DNA of 64,000 bases from an uncultured Spirochaetota bacterium (GTDB lineage Bacteria > Spirochaetota > Spirochaetia > SZUA-6 > Fen-1364): positions 160,001-224,000 of the forward strand of contig CAVTHO010000003.1 of the NCBI GenBank assembly GCA_963734545.1, given 5' to 3'. The notes beneath the pieces were generated by a model. The model searched no databases and had not been told where the DNA came from. It saw only the letters and a list, made by a program, of their open reading frames with translations. The position numbers and the translations under genes were made by a program. Below are positions 38,099 through 48,486 of this stretch, one piece after another. Position 1 is the stretch's first letter, and the number at the start of each line of letters is the position of its first letter.

Positions 38099-38431
38099 TT
38101 ATTCAGATGACCAGAAAGGCCTGATTTCGAGCCTGCCGAAACGGGCCATCGGATGTTTTGCGGCGACCTCAATCGCTTCCTCAAGGCTTGTGCATTCAAG
38201 AACGTCGAAGCCCGCGATCCATTCCTTTGTTTCAGCAAAGGGGCCATCCGAGGTTATCACTTTGCCGTTTCGCTTGCGAACGGTCACAGCCTGGTCCAAT
38301 CCGCCTAGTCTGTTGCCAAGAACACGGACCCCCTTGCCGTCCATTTCTGAAACCCAGGACTGGATATTGTCCTGGGCGGGATCGTATTTCTCCGCCGAAG
38401 GGTCCGTGCATACGAACATCAGATATCGCAT
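38099..38431 (-). CDS. YciI family protein
   Basis: MRYLMFV, DGPFAETKEWIAGF and LEIRP. Confidence 0.88.
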   Translation of the reverse strand: MRYLMFVCTDPSAEKYDPAQDNIQSWVSEMDGKGVRVLGNRLGGLDQAVTVRKRNGKVITSDGPFAETKEWIAGFDVLECTSLEEAIEVAAKHPMARFGRLEIRPFWSSE

Positions 38432-38780
38432 GCCTCGCTCCTTATGCTTGCCCCGCACCTGTTCATGCCGCGGCTTCCGGGTCATCTTCGCTCAGAACCG
38501 TCTCCGCGCGAAGGAGAGCAAAGCGCAGCGGCCGCAACTCTTCCCGTTGGACTTTCCGGCTATCTTTCTGAACATGGATCGGTGGGATCAGCGACCTTGC
38601 AATATCGATAAGCAGCCCGTCTTGTTTTTGTGACTTCATTCGGAACTCCTTTCGGCCAGTATGCCGTCGCCCCTCGGTGGTCGTCGGCCTCGTGCTCACA
38701 CCATAGTCGATCACGAAGGGCGAAATTCGACACACGGCAGAAGGCGCCCTCTATCCGCGGGCGCCCGGAATCTCCGAGTC

Positions 38781-39390
38781 TTACACGTGCAGCCGTCCAG
38801 ACGGATGCGGCAGCCGTGCAGCGGCGGCCTTCACCAGCTCGGCGTTGGCAATCAGCAGCGCGGTGCTGTCCCATGTCCCCTGGATCAGGGAGTTGCGCCG
38901 GGAGCCGGGCATTGCTCACCTTCACAGTCAAGTTGCCTGCCCGCACCACCATGGCCTCGAGGTCCACGACCAGCTCGGTCGCCGGGTTCTTCGCAACCAG
39001 CTTCTGGAGCGCGGCCACGTCGGCCTTCGACGCCGTCACGGCAGGGGTGCCGAGCATGGCGCAGTTGCCGGCGAAGATCTCGCCGAAGCTCTCCGCGACG
39101 ATCGCCCGGATTCCCCATCGCACAAGGGCTTGAGGGGCGTGCTCGCGCGAGCTGCCGCAGCCGAAGTTGACGTTTGCAACGAGGATCGATGCGCCCTGGT
39201 ATTCCGGCTTGTTGAAGGGGTGGTCCTTCATGCTCCCCTCGGCGGTGAAGCGTTCGTCGTAGAAGGGGTACTGGCCCATTTTGCTGAAGGTGATTTCCTT
39301 GAGATACCGGGCCGGGATGATGCGGTCAGTGTCGATGTCGTCGCCGACAACCGGCACGGCGCGGCCTTTTATCTGTATGACCTTAGACAT
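38781..39390 (-). CDS. leuD: 3-isopropylmalate dehydratase small subunit; frameshift near 38913
   Basis: [26 protein letters not shown] and SFGEIF; the shifted tail reads LIQGTWD. Confidence 0.92.
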
Positions 39391-40810
39391 GGGATGCTCC
39401 TGTGGGAGAGAATTCGCGTACATCGGTGACGTGGCCGGCAATGGCCGCGGCGGCTACCATTGCGGGGGACATGAGAAGGGTTCTTCCCGTCGGGCTGCCC
39501 TGTCGGCCGATGAAGTTGCGGTTGCTGGAGCTGGCGGAGATCTGATCGCCCTTGAGCTGGTCGGGATTCATGGCCAGGCACATGGAGCACCCCGCCTCCC
39601 GCCACTCGAAGCCCGCCTCGGTGAAGACCTTGTCCAGGCCCTCTGCCATGGCTTCCCGGCGCACGCGCATGGAGCCGGGGACCACGAATGCCTGCACCCC
39701 GGGGGCCACCCGGCGTCCTTTCGCGATTGCGGCGGCGGCGCGCAGATCGGAGATGCGCCCGTTCGTGCAGCTTCCCACGAATGCGACGTCGATCCTGATG
39801 TCACGCGCCCTCTGGCCGGGCGTGAGCTTCATGTGGCGATACGCGAGCAGGGCGGACTGTTTTTCCCCCTCGTCGGTGATGGCCTGCGGGTCGGGGAGGC
39901 TCTGCAGTATCCCCACGCTCTGTCCGGGGGTGACGCCCCAGGTCACCATGGGCTCGATGTCCCCTGCGTCGAACTTCACGACGTCGTCGTACGCGGCGTC
40001 CTTTTCCGAGGCGGCGGTCTTCCACCGGGTGACCGCTTTCTCCCATTCGGCGCCCGTCGGCGCGTGCTCGCGTCCCTTGAGGAAGGCGAAGGTCGTCTCA
40101 TCCGGATTGACGTAGCCGGCCCGTGCCCCGCCTTCGATGGACATGTTGCAGACCGTCATGCGGCCTTCCATGCTCATCTCGTCGAACACCTGTCCGGCGT
40201 ATTCGTACGCGTACCCGATTCCACCCTTCACGCCGAGGCGGTTGATGATGAAGAGCGCGACGTCCTTCGGGGTGACGCCCGGCTTCAGCCTGCCGCTGAT
40301 CTCGATGCGGCGCACCTTCATCGGGTCCATTGCCAGGCACTGCGTGGCAAGGACGTCGCGGACCTGCGAGGTGCCGATGCCGAACGCGAGGGTCCCGAAA
40401 GCGCCGTGCGTCGACGTGTGGGAATCGCCGCATGCGATGGTCATTCCCGGCTGGGTGAGGCCGAGCTCGGGCCCGATGATGTGCACGATGCCCTGGCGGC
40501 CGCTGGCGAAGTCGAAGAAGCTCACGCCGAAATCCTTCGTGTTGCGCTCGATGGCCTTCATCATCATCTCCGCCTCGCCGTCGGCGAACGGACGCTTCTG
40601 GCTCTTTGTCGGAACGATGTGATCCATCGTGGCGAAGGTCCGGTCGGGGTAGGCAACCGGCAGGCCGCGCTCGCGGAGCATGTCGAATGCCTGGGGGCTG
40701 GTGACCTCGTGCACGAGGTGAAGACCGATGAAGAGCTGGGTCTGACCGGTGGGCAGCACGGTAACCGCGTGCGAGTCCCAGACCTTGTTGTAGAGCGTTC
40801 CTACCGCCAT
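39383..40810 (-). CDS. leuC: 3-isopropylmalate dehydratase large subunit
   Basis: [37 protein letters not shown] and NRNFIGRQG. Confidence 0.95.
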   Translation of the reverse strand: MAVGTLYNKVWDSHAVTVLPTGQTQLFIGLHLVHEVTSPQAFDMLRERGLPVAYPDRTFATMDHIVPTKSQKRPFADGEAEMMMKAIERNTKDFGVSFFDFASGRQGIVHIIGPELGLTQPGMTIACGDSHTSTHGAFGTLAFGIGTSQVRDVLATQCLAMDPMKVRRIEISGRLKPGVTPKDVALFIINRLGVKGGIGYAYEYAGQVFDEMSMEGRMTVCNMSIEGGARAGYVNPDETTFAFLKGREHAPTGAEWEKAVTRWKTAASEKDAAYDDVVKFDAGDIEPMVTWGVTPGQSVGILQSLPDPQAITDEGEKQSALLAYRHMKLTPGQRARDIRIDVAFVGSCTNGRISDLRAAAAIAKGRRVAPGVQAFVVPGSMRVRREAMAEGLDKVFTEAGFEWREAGCSMCLAMNPDQLKGDQISASSSNRNFIGRQGSPTGRTLLMSPAMVAAAAIAGHVTDVREFSPTGASHV

Positions 40811-40890
40811 GAGAGGCCTCCTTCTGTATCCTCGGGCCGAGCATACCACCCGGATGACTATTTGTAAAAGATATGTTATCTATAGATAGC

Positions 40891-40905
40891 ATAGGAAAAA
40901 ACTAT
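40891..40905. promoter_or_regulatory. LysR recognition box (T-N11-A)
   Basis: ATAG-GAAAAAA-CTAT overlapping the LysR start codon, in the region divergent from leuC. Confidence 0.6.
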
Positions 40906-41800
40906 GGAAATCCACCAGCTCCGATACTTCATTGCTGTTGCCCAGCATGGATCGTTTACCGCTGCCGCCGAAGCCTGCAATGTCTCTCAGCCGTCTCTTT
41001 CCGCGCAGATAGCGAAACTCGAGGCTGAGCTGGGGGGCGCGCTGTTCGAGCGTTCCCGCCGGGGCGCGCGCATGACCCCCCGCGGGCTCGTCTTTCGTCC
41101 CCGGGCCCTGGAGGCGCTGTCGCAATTGGAGACCGGACGAAGCGAGCTGGAGGAATTGTCTGGTCTCAAGCGCGGCGACGTGACGCTCGGCTGTCTTCCC
41201 ACCACAGGGGCCTATCTCCTGCCGCTGATCCTCAGGACCTTTCGCGAGTCCCACCCGCTCATCCAGGTGAAATTGCGCGAGGAATCCTCGCCGATACTCG
41301 GCAGGGCGCTTCGGGAAATCGAGGTGGATCTGGCGATCATGGATGAGGCGGGTCTGGGCCCCGGCCTGCGCGCGGAAACCCTGTTCCGCGAGCCGCTGCT
41401 CGTTGCCGTTCCTCCGGGACATCCCTTCGCGGCCCGGAAAAAGATCGAGCTCGGGAAGCTGTCCGGAGAGCCGCTTGTCATCATGAAGAGCGGGCACGGC
41501 TTCCGCACGATCGTCCTCGACGCGCTTGCCCGGGCCGGTGTCCAGCCCCGCGTGGTCTACGAGAGCGCCGGCATCGACACCGTCCAGACCCTTGTCGAAG
41601 CAGGCCTCGGTCTCAGCCTGGTTCCGAAGATGGTGCGCCGGGCGGATGGCCCCGCCTATGTCGAGATCGCGCCCCCGACTCCCTCGCGGACGATCCTGCT
41701 GGCCCGGAGAGATTCCCGGGCGCTGAGTCACGCCGCTGCCGCGATGAGAGAGGTCGTCCTGCGCTGTTTCGGGCATGGCATGCCGGGGGCATCCGGATAA
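40904..41800 (+). CDS. LysR family regulator
   Basis: LRYFIAVAQHGSFTAAAEACNVSQPSLSAQIAKLE. Confidence 0.93.
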   Translation: MEIHQLRYFIAVAQHGSFTAAAEACNVSQPSLSAQIAKLEAELGGALFERSRRGARMTPRGLVFRPRALEALSQLETGRSELEELSGLKRGDVTLGCLPTTGAYLLPLILRTFRESHPLIQVKLREESSPILGRALREIEVDLAIMDEAGLGPGLRAETLFREPLLVAVPPGHPFAARKKIELGKLSGEPLVIMKSGHGFRTIVLDALARAGVQPRVVYESAGIDTVQTLVEAGLGLSLVPKMVRRADGPAYVEIAPPTPSRTILLARRDSRALSHAAAAMREVVLRCFGHGMPGASG

Positions 41801-41857
41801 AGCGCGCGCGGGACGCCCCCTTTCGGCGTACGGCCAGGACGGCCTATATTTCATCCC

Positions 41858-43117
41858 ATGCAGGCCGTCAGACTGTGGAATCGTGATTTCACGCTGCTCT
41901 GGCAGGGACAGCTCATCAGCTCCCTGGGGAAGCAGGCTTTTGGACTGACCGCACTCCTCTGGATGAAAGAAGCGACAGGGTCAGGCAGCCTCGTCGGCCT
42001 CGTCATGACGGTTTCGCTTCTGCCGGCAGTGGTCCTGGGGCCCCTGGCCGGGGTGCTCGTCGACATCTGGGACCGGAAACGGATTATCGCCTGGACCGAC
42101 CTGGCCGGAGGCGTTTTCATCCTCCTCGCGGCATTCCTTTTCTTCTCCCTGCCGGGTGCGACCGGGCTCCTGATCGCGGCGGTATTCGCCGTGAGCCTTC
42201 TCACCGGCGCGCTCGATACTTTCTCCCAGCCTTCCATCGGCGCGAGCATCCCCGATATCGTGCCCAAGGAGAAGCTCGAGGCGGCAAACGGCCTCAACAT
42301 GGGGGGGCTGCAGGTGGCAATGTTCCTCTCCCAGGGCTCCTCGGGTTTCCTGTACCGTGTCCTCGGTGCTCCCTTCCTGGTCCTCGTCAACGCGGTCACC
42401 TACCTCTATGCCGGTGCCACCGAGCTGCTCATGCGCATCCCCAAGGTCCCGGCCCGGCCGGACCGGGAGGGCCTTCATCCTTTTCATCGTTTCCGCCTGG
42501 AGTTCGGTGAAGGCTTTCGGTTTCTCCGGGGTCACCGCGGCCTGTGGACCCTCATTCTCGTCTATGCCTTCCTCAACTTTTTCCTGAGCCCCATCATCGT
42601 CCTGCTTCCCTTCTTCGTGGAGGACTACCTGCGGCTCACGGCGGATTGGTACGGCTTTCTCATGGCCGCGTTCGGGATCGGCGGACTTGCCGGGTTTGCT
42701 CTTGCCGGCATGATCCCCACGCGCGGAAAATCGCGGGAGATCGCGGTCTCGGGAAGCCTTATCCTCCAGTCCGCGCTCATGCTCGTTGCGATCATCTGGC
42801 GCGTGCCGGGCGGACAACTCCTCCTCTTCGCGCTCATCGGGGCCCTCAACGGCGTGATGGGCGTGAACATCAACACCCTGGTGCAGGTAGCGACACCCCA
42901 GGAGTTTCGAGGCAGGGTACAGTCGCTCATGACGACCATCATCGCCGGCGTGATGCCGCTCGGCATGGCCCTCGGCGGGCTCCTGTTCGATCTCGCGGGT
43001 CAGAACGTGCCGCTCATATTCGGCGTGAGCGGCGGGCTGACCCTGGCGGTTTCGATTCTGAGCCTCGCGGTTCGGGACTACCGGGAGTTCCTTTCTTCGG
43101 AAGGGGCGCGGGGCTAG
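41858..43117 (+). CDS. MFS transporter (DHA3/macrolide efflux-like)
   Basis: RDFTLLWQGQLIS and GVLVDIWDRKR; about 12 TM helices. Confidence 0.88.
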   Translation: MQAVRLWNRDFTLLWQGQLISSLGKQAFGLTALLWMKEATGSGSLVGLVMTVSLLPAVVLGPLAGVLVDIWDRKRIIAWTDLAGGVFILLAAFLFFSLPGATGLLIAAVFAVSLLTGALDTFSQPSIGASIPDIVPKEKLEAANGLNMGGLQVAMFLSQGSSGFLYRVLGAPFLVLVNAVTYLYAGATELLMRIPKVPARPDREGLHPFHRFRLEFGEGFRFLRGHRGLWTLILVYAFLNFFLSPIIVLLPFFVEDYLRLTADWYGFLMAAFGIGGLAGFALAGMIPTRGKSREIAVSGSLILQSALMLVAIIWRVPGGQLLLFALIGALNGVMGVNINTLVQVATPQEFRGRVQSLMTTIIAGVMPLGMALGGLLFDLAGQNVPLIFGVSGGLTLAVSILSLAVRDYREFLSSEGARG

Positions 43118-43129
43118 AACCCGCCTGGC

Positions 43130-44629
43130 TTAGGCGGGCGGTGTGCTCTTCTCGTTGAGATCGACGAAGATCGTCTTGGGGTGCATGTACTTCAATACAC
43201 CCGCGTCCCCGAGCCCGCTCTCCTTCCAGCCCGCGCCCGGGGATTCCATCATTCCCCTGCTGTAGTACGAATTGATGTAGAGCTGGCCGGCATGGATGCG
43301 CGCCGCGACCCGGTGCGCGCGGGCCACGTCCCGGGTGAAGACCGCCCCGGCAAGTCCGTAGCGGACCGAGTTCGCAAGACGGACCGCCTCTTCCTCGGTG
43401 CGGAACTTCGTGACGCAGAGCACGGGCCCGAATATCTCCTCCTGGAAGATCTTCATGTCGGGGGTCACGTCGGCAAAGACGGTGGGCGGCACGAAATTCC
43501 CTTTCGCCAGGGACGGCTCGCGGTAGGGCTCTCCGCCCGTCACCAGCCGGGCCCCTTCTTTCCTGCCCTCCTCGATGTACCGCCACACGGCCGCGCAATG
43601 CTCGCGCGAGATGAGGGACTGGAAGTTGACGCCCTGCTCGAAATCGAACCCGTTGCCGGGGCGCAGGCCGCGGCATCTCTCCACGATCGCTTTCAGGAGC
43701 TCATCATGGATGTCTTCGTGCACGATCAGCCGGGTGCCTGCCACGCAGACCTGCCCCGCGTTCAGCGTGAAGGCGAATGTGGCCCACTGCGCGGCGCTCG
43801 GCACGTCCACATCGGGGAAGACGAGATTGGGGCTCTTGCCGCCCAGCTCCAGCGCCAGCTTCTTCACCGTCGGAGCGGCTGCCGCGAGGATGTGCTTTCC
43901 GGTCGCCGTGCCTCCGGTCATGGAAACCATGTCCACCGCCGGGCTTGCGGTGAGCGCGTCACCCACGACAGACCCGGGCCCGCTGATGATATTGACCACG
44001 CCGGGGGGGAAGCCCGCCTCGTGGAATACCGAGGCGAGCGCGAGCAGGCTCAGAGATGCCCAGGAGGAGGGCTTGATGATCACCGTGTTGCCGGCCGCGA
44101 GTATTGCCGACACCTTCTGGCAGCCCATCATCAACGGACCGTTCCACGGAAGGATTTCGGCCACCACGCCGACGGGCTGCCAGAGCACGTAGTTGAGACA
44201 GCGCGGTCCGTCACCCACGGGTACCACCCGGCCCTCGATGCCGCGCGCCTTGCCGGCCGAATACTCGAAGCCGTCGATGGCATTCGGGACCTCGAAGTAG
44301 CGGACGCTGGGGTATAGCTTTCCGCAATCGAGCGTCTCGAGGTGCGCGAACTCATCTGCCCGCGCCGCAAGCACGTCCCGGGCCTTCAGCAGGAGCCTGC
44401 TGCGCTCCAGGCCGCTCATCGAGCCCCAGGGACCTTCGTCGAAGGCGGCCCGGGCCGCGGCTATTGCCCGCTGGACGTCCTCGATTCCGGCCTGGAAGGC
44501 CCGGGCGAACGGCTCGTTCGTCACGGGGTTGATGATGTCGAAGGTCGTACCGGAACACGACGGGACGAGCTCTCCGCCGATGTACAATTTGTAGGGCTCG
44601 CGGTTCACGTACCGAGCTGGATCCGCCAT
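43130..44629 (-). CDS. Aldehyde dehydrogenase family protein
   Basis: ILPWNGP, MTGGTATG, LELGGKSP, AGQVCVA and EEIFGPV. Confidence 0.93.
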   Translation of the reverse strand: MADPARYVNREPYKLYIGGELVPSCSGTTFDIINPVTNEPFARAFQAGIEDVQRAIAAARAAFDEGPWGSMSGLERSRLLLKARDVLAARADEFAHLETLDCGKLYPSVRYFEVPNAIDGFEYSAGKARGIEGRVVPVGDGPRCLNYVLWQPVGVVAEILPWNGPLMMGCQKVSAILAAGNTVIIKPSSWASLSLLALASVFHEAGFPPGVVNIISGPGSVVGDALTASPAVDMVSMTGGTATGKHILAAAAPTVKKLALELGGKSPNLVFPDVDVPSAAQWATFAFTLNAGQVCVAGTRLIVHEDIHDELLKAIVERCRGLRPGNGFDFEQGVNFQSLISREHCAAVWRYIEEGRKEGARLVTGGEPYREPSLAKGNFVPPTVFADVTPDMKIFQEEIFGPVLCVTKFRTEEEAVRLANSVRYGLAGAVFTRDVARAHRVAARIHAGQLYINSYYSRGMMESPGAGWKESGLGDAGVLKYMHPKTIFVDLNEKSTPPA

Positions 44630-44891
44630 TCCGATCTCCTTCTCCGCAAACGAGTGCGCTGTCCTGGTGGGCTGTGCCCGAATGGTACCACCATTGCCGC
44701 CCCGCGCGCAATGCGGCGCACGTGCGGCCCGGCACGCGGGGCTGCGTCCACGCGCACGCCCGCACCGACGCGCACGCCGCACCATAACAAATTCCAGAAT
44801 TTCGAACAAAATTCCTGTTTACGGCCCGCTCAAGCGCACGTACGATAAGAGACCGCTATATATGGATCCTGCCACCGGCTCAGGAGGGAAT

Positions 44892-46931
44892 ATGAAACGA
44901 AGAGTCCTGCTTTCCTTGACAGCGGCCGCCGCGTCGCTCGTGATGGTGTCATGTCCCAATCCCACAATCGACAACGCCCCGCCTGCGCGAACTTCGGCCG
45001 ATTTTTCAGGAGGGCAGGAAGGACGGGCAGACTGGGGAGACTGGGGAGACTGGGGAGACCGGGGAGAAAGGCGGGGACCCATGCCTTCAGACTTGAGCAT
45101 CACGGTCAACAAGATCAGGGGATTGAGCCCGCGCTTCATGAAAGGCGTGGACATCTCCATGCTGGCGCAGATCGAGGCCTCCGGGGGGCTGTTCTACCAG
45201 GAGGACGGCACAGCGCGGGACGCGCTTGAAATACTCCGGGACCACGGCGTGAACTGGGTCAGGCTCCGGATCTGGAACAATCCCGTCTTCCCACCGGGAA
45301 CAACGTTGTACCATGGAACTTCTGTCGTCCCCGGGCCTGCCGGGGGCGGGAACAATGACGAAAGCGTTGTCCGTGGATTGGCCAGGCGGGCAAAGGCGCT
45401 TGGCATGAGGGTCTACCTCGACTTTCACTACAGCGACTTCTGGGCCGACCCCGGCAAGCAGGATACCCCTGCCGCCTGGAGAAGCCTGACCGCTGCGCAG
45501 CTCGAGCAGGCGGTCTATGACTATACGAAGCAGGTCCTCAGGGATATGAGATCCGATGGGGCTGCTCCGGACCTGGTGGAGATCGGCAATGAGATCAATA
45601 ACGGCATGCTCTGGCCGATCGGCCAGAGATCGGGGGCGAAAACCGATCCCGCGGGGTACGTGGAGCTCAACAGGCTTCTGAATGCGGGCGCGAAGGCCGT
45701 GCGCGATACTTCCCGGTTCACGAAGATCATGATCCACATTGCGAACGACAGCGGTCTGAGCGGGGCCCAGTCGTTTTTCGACAACGTCGATCCCGTGGTC
45801 GATTATGACTGCATCGGTCTCTCCTACTATCCCTATTGGCATGGATCGCTGGCTGACCTGCAGACGATCATGAATACCCTTACTGCCAGGTATCACAAGC
45901 CGGTTATTATCGCGGAGACAGCGTATGCGTTCACCAGCGCGAACGGAGACGCGCAGGGCAATTCCTGGTCGGGTACGGACCCGATTTCAGGAGGCTTCGA
46001 GGTGAGCGTGCAGGGACAGGCCACCGCGATGAGAAACATCATGGAGGCAGTGTCAAAGGTTCCCCGAGACCGCGGCCTGGGCGTCTTTTACTGGGAACCG
46101 GATTGGATCCCCGTACCCGGGGCCGGCTGGATAACCGGTCAGGGAGACGGATGGGAAAACCAGGCCTGGTGGGACTTCAGCGGCAAGCCGCTTGAGTCCA
46201 TGTGGACCTACCGCCTCGTCTCGGAATCCCCGGGCAGGAAGGTCCCGACGACTATCACTTCAATAACGCCCACAGCCGTGCAGACCACTGTCGGCGTCGC
46301 ACCGACGCTTCCTGCCACGGTCGTGGCCTTCTTCAGCGACGCGTCTTATCGGCCTGTCTCGGTGACATGGAACGCCGTCGATCCGTCGCAGTACGCCTCT
46401 GTCGGCAGCTTTACGGTCGGCGGCACGGTGGCGGGAACCAGCCTCACGGCCACCGCAAACGTTTCAGTGGTCGAGATCAATTACGCGGTCAATGGCGGAT
46501 TCGAGACCGGATCAATGAGTCCGTGGACGACATCCGCGATGTCAGGAGGATCTCCGGTCAGCGTGTTCGGAGTGGAGAACAGCTCGCCTTCCGGGAACAC
46601 CCGGACCGGCTCCTACGTCGGGTCCTACTGGTACGGCTCTGCGTACACCTTCGACGTTCACCAGATCGTGACCGGATTGACCGCGGGGACGTATACCCTG
46701 CGCGCATGGGTGATGGGCGCGGGCGCACCGACCTCGCTGGACATCTATGCGGACAACGGAACCACCAAGGCCGTGTCGGCGGTCACCAACACGGGTTGGC
46801 GGGACTGGCACCAGTACACCATCTCCGGTATTGCGGTGGACGCTTCCGGCCAGCTTGTCATCGGGTTTGAAGGCAACATGTCGGGAGCGGATTGGGGAAA
46901 ACTGGACGACGTAGTCCTCACCCGGCAATAG
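44892..46931 (+). CDS. GH53 endo-beta-1,4-galactanase lipoprotein with Ig-like and CBM domains
   Basis: Lipobox MVSC; KGVDIS, RLRIWNNP, DFHYSDFWADPGKQ, GNEIN, IAETAY and FYWEP; NGGFE-type CBM. Confidence 0.92.
   Translation: MKRRVLLSLTAAAASLVMVSCPNPTIDNAPPARTSADFSGGQEGRADWGDWGDWGDRGERRGPMPSDLSITVNKIRGLSPRFMKGVDISMLAQIEASGGLFYQEDGTARDALEILRDHGVNWVRLRIWNNPVFPPGTTLYHGTSVVPGPAGGGNNDESVVRGLARRAKALGMRVYLDFHYSDFWADPGKQDTPAAWRSLTAAQLEQAVYDYTKQVLRDMRSDGAAPDLVEIGNEINNGMLWPIGQRSGAKTDPAGYVELNRLLNAGAKAVRDTSRFTKIMIHIANDSGLSGAQSFFDNVDPVVDYDCIGLSYYPYWHGSLADLQTIMNTLTARYHKPVIIAETAYAFTSANGDAQGNSWSGTDPISGGFEVSVQGQATAMRNIMEAVSKVPRDRGLGVFYWEPDWIPVPGAGWITGQGDGWENQAWWDFSGKPLESMWTYRLVSESPGRKVPTTITSITPTAVQTTVGVAPTLPATVVAFFSDASYRPVSVTWNAVDPSQYASVGSFTVGGTVAGTSLTATANVSVVEINYAVNGGFETGSMSPWTTSAMSGGSPVSVFGVENSSPSGNTRTGSYVGSYWYGSAYTFDVHQIVTGLTAGTYTLRAWVMGAGAPTSLDIYADNGTTKAVSAVTNTGWRDWHQYTISGIAVDASGQLVIGFEGNMSGADWGKLDDVVLTRQ
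45030..45065 (+). repeat. In-frame 9-bp tandem repeat (DWG)n
   Basis: GACTGGGGA x3 followed by GACCGGGGA. Confidence 0.85.
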
Positions 46932-46958
46932 CCGGCGCGGGGAGGCGATCGGGGCCGC

Positions 46959-48261
46959 TCAGCTCTCCTCTATGATCAGCGGCCTTTTAGGGATGGTCAT
47001 GCCCGCGCCCTCCCTGACCTCGATGGATCGAAGAGGCGGTCTCTCCGAGCAGATCGCGTCCCGCGAGGGGAAAGGGGAGGGTGCATGCGCCGAACCGGTC
47101 CTCGAGGTTGACGATCGCCGTGCAGCGCGTATTCTCCGACGGGCGGCGCCAGCGGAGCGCGAGCACGCCGGCGCTGAGCTCGACCAGCTCGAAAGCGCTC
47201 TGACCCGACTTGACGCGCGTGCAGATCGGCAGGAGCCTGCGGAAAAAGGAAAGGAACTCGTCAGAGCCCTGCTCCCAGGGAACGGGGTCCTTCGCAAAGA
47301 GGTCGGGACGCCCGGCCATCGCGCGTTCCTGCCCCATGTAGACGAAGATCAGTCCCGGCAGAAGCTGGGAAAAGACGGTCCAGTTCATCAACCGGTCGGT
47401 CCCGTTGAGGACCGATGCCGCGCGCGGCTGGTCGTGGTTCTCCAGGAACCTTGCCTTCACCGCGTGCGACGGGTAGAGGGTCTCCTGTACCCGCAGGTGC
47501 CGCAGGTAGGCGTCCAGCCCGGTCGTGCCGCTGAAGTACTCTTTCAGATACCCGAAGCCGTCGTAATCATAGGTGAGGTCGAATGCCTCGTGCAGCTCGG
47601 GGTCGGAGGCGGCATCCCATCCCGCGCCGCGCAGGTATTTCACGAAAACGGGTTCCACGCTCTCCGCCAGCCAGAGGAGGGGGCGTTTTGAATTGAGCCG
47701 CGCCCGGGCTTCGATCCAGAAGTCGAGGGGCACGAGGCTCGCCACATCGCATCGGAAGCCGTCAAATCCGGTCTCTGCCCAGAACGTGAGCGTTTCGAGG
47801 AGGTACTCGCGCAGTCCGCGATGCGCAAAGTCGAAGTCGTACACGTCCGACCAGTCCGCCACCTTTCGGGTCGGCCTGCCCTTCGCGTCCTGCAGGTACC
47901 ATTCGGGGTGCGTGCCGAGGAGAACGGCATCGCAGGCACTGTGGTTGAATACAACGTCCATCAGCACCCTGAGCCCCTTACCGTGCGCTTCGGCGAGGAA
48001 ATGCCGGAGGTCGTCGATTCCGCCGAGCGCCGGGTCCACCGCCCGATGGTCCGCGATGGAGTACGGGCTTCCCAGCGGCCCTTTGCGATTGGCCACGCCG
48101 ACCGGATGGATGGGGGTCAGGCAGACGATGTCAAAGCCGAGATCGCGGATCTCCTTCAGTCGGGGAATTGCGGCCCGTATGGTTCCTTCCGGCGTGTAGT
48201 TCCTGAGATAGACCTGGTAGAGAGCTGCAGATCGAATCCAGGACGGCGTGTCTCGTGCCAT
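46959..48261 (-). CDS. GH13 alpha-amylase family glycosyl hydrolase; possible frameshift at the C-terminus
   Basis: LYQVYLRN, DVVFNH, GFRCDVA, LAES and FLENHD. Confidence 0.9.
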
Positions 48262-48486
48262 GCGTGCGTCTCCTGGTCGATTATAACACGTCATGCGTGA
48301 TGGCGCCGGATCCGCCTTGCAGGACGCGCATTTAGTATAACTCATTGATACTAGCAGAGCGCATTTTCCTTCCTGGTGACGCGGCTGTCTGCGTATTCAG
48401 TTTTCTTGCAGTTGCCTTCCCACGGTCCTATACTAGTTTTAGCTACTGATCGGGATGGCTCGGGTACTGTTCAGAAGGGGGATCTG

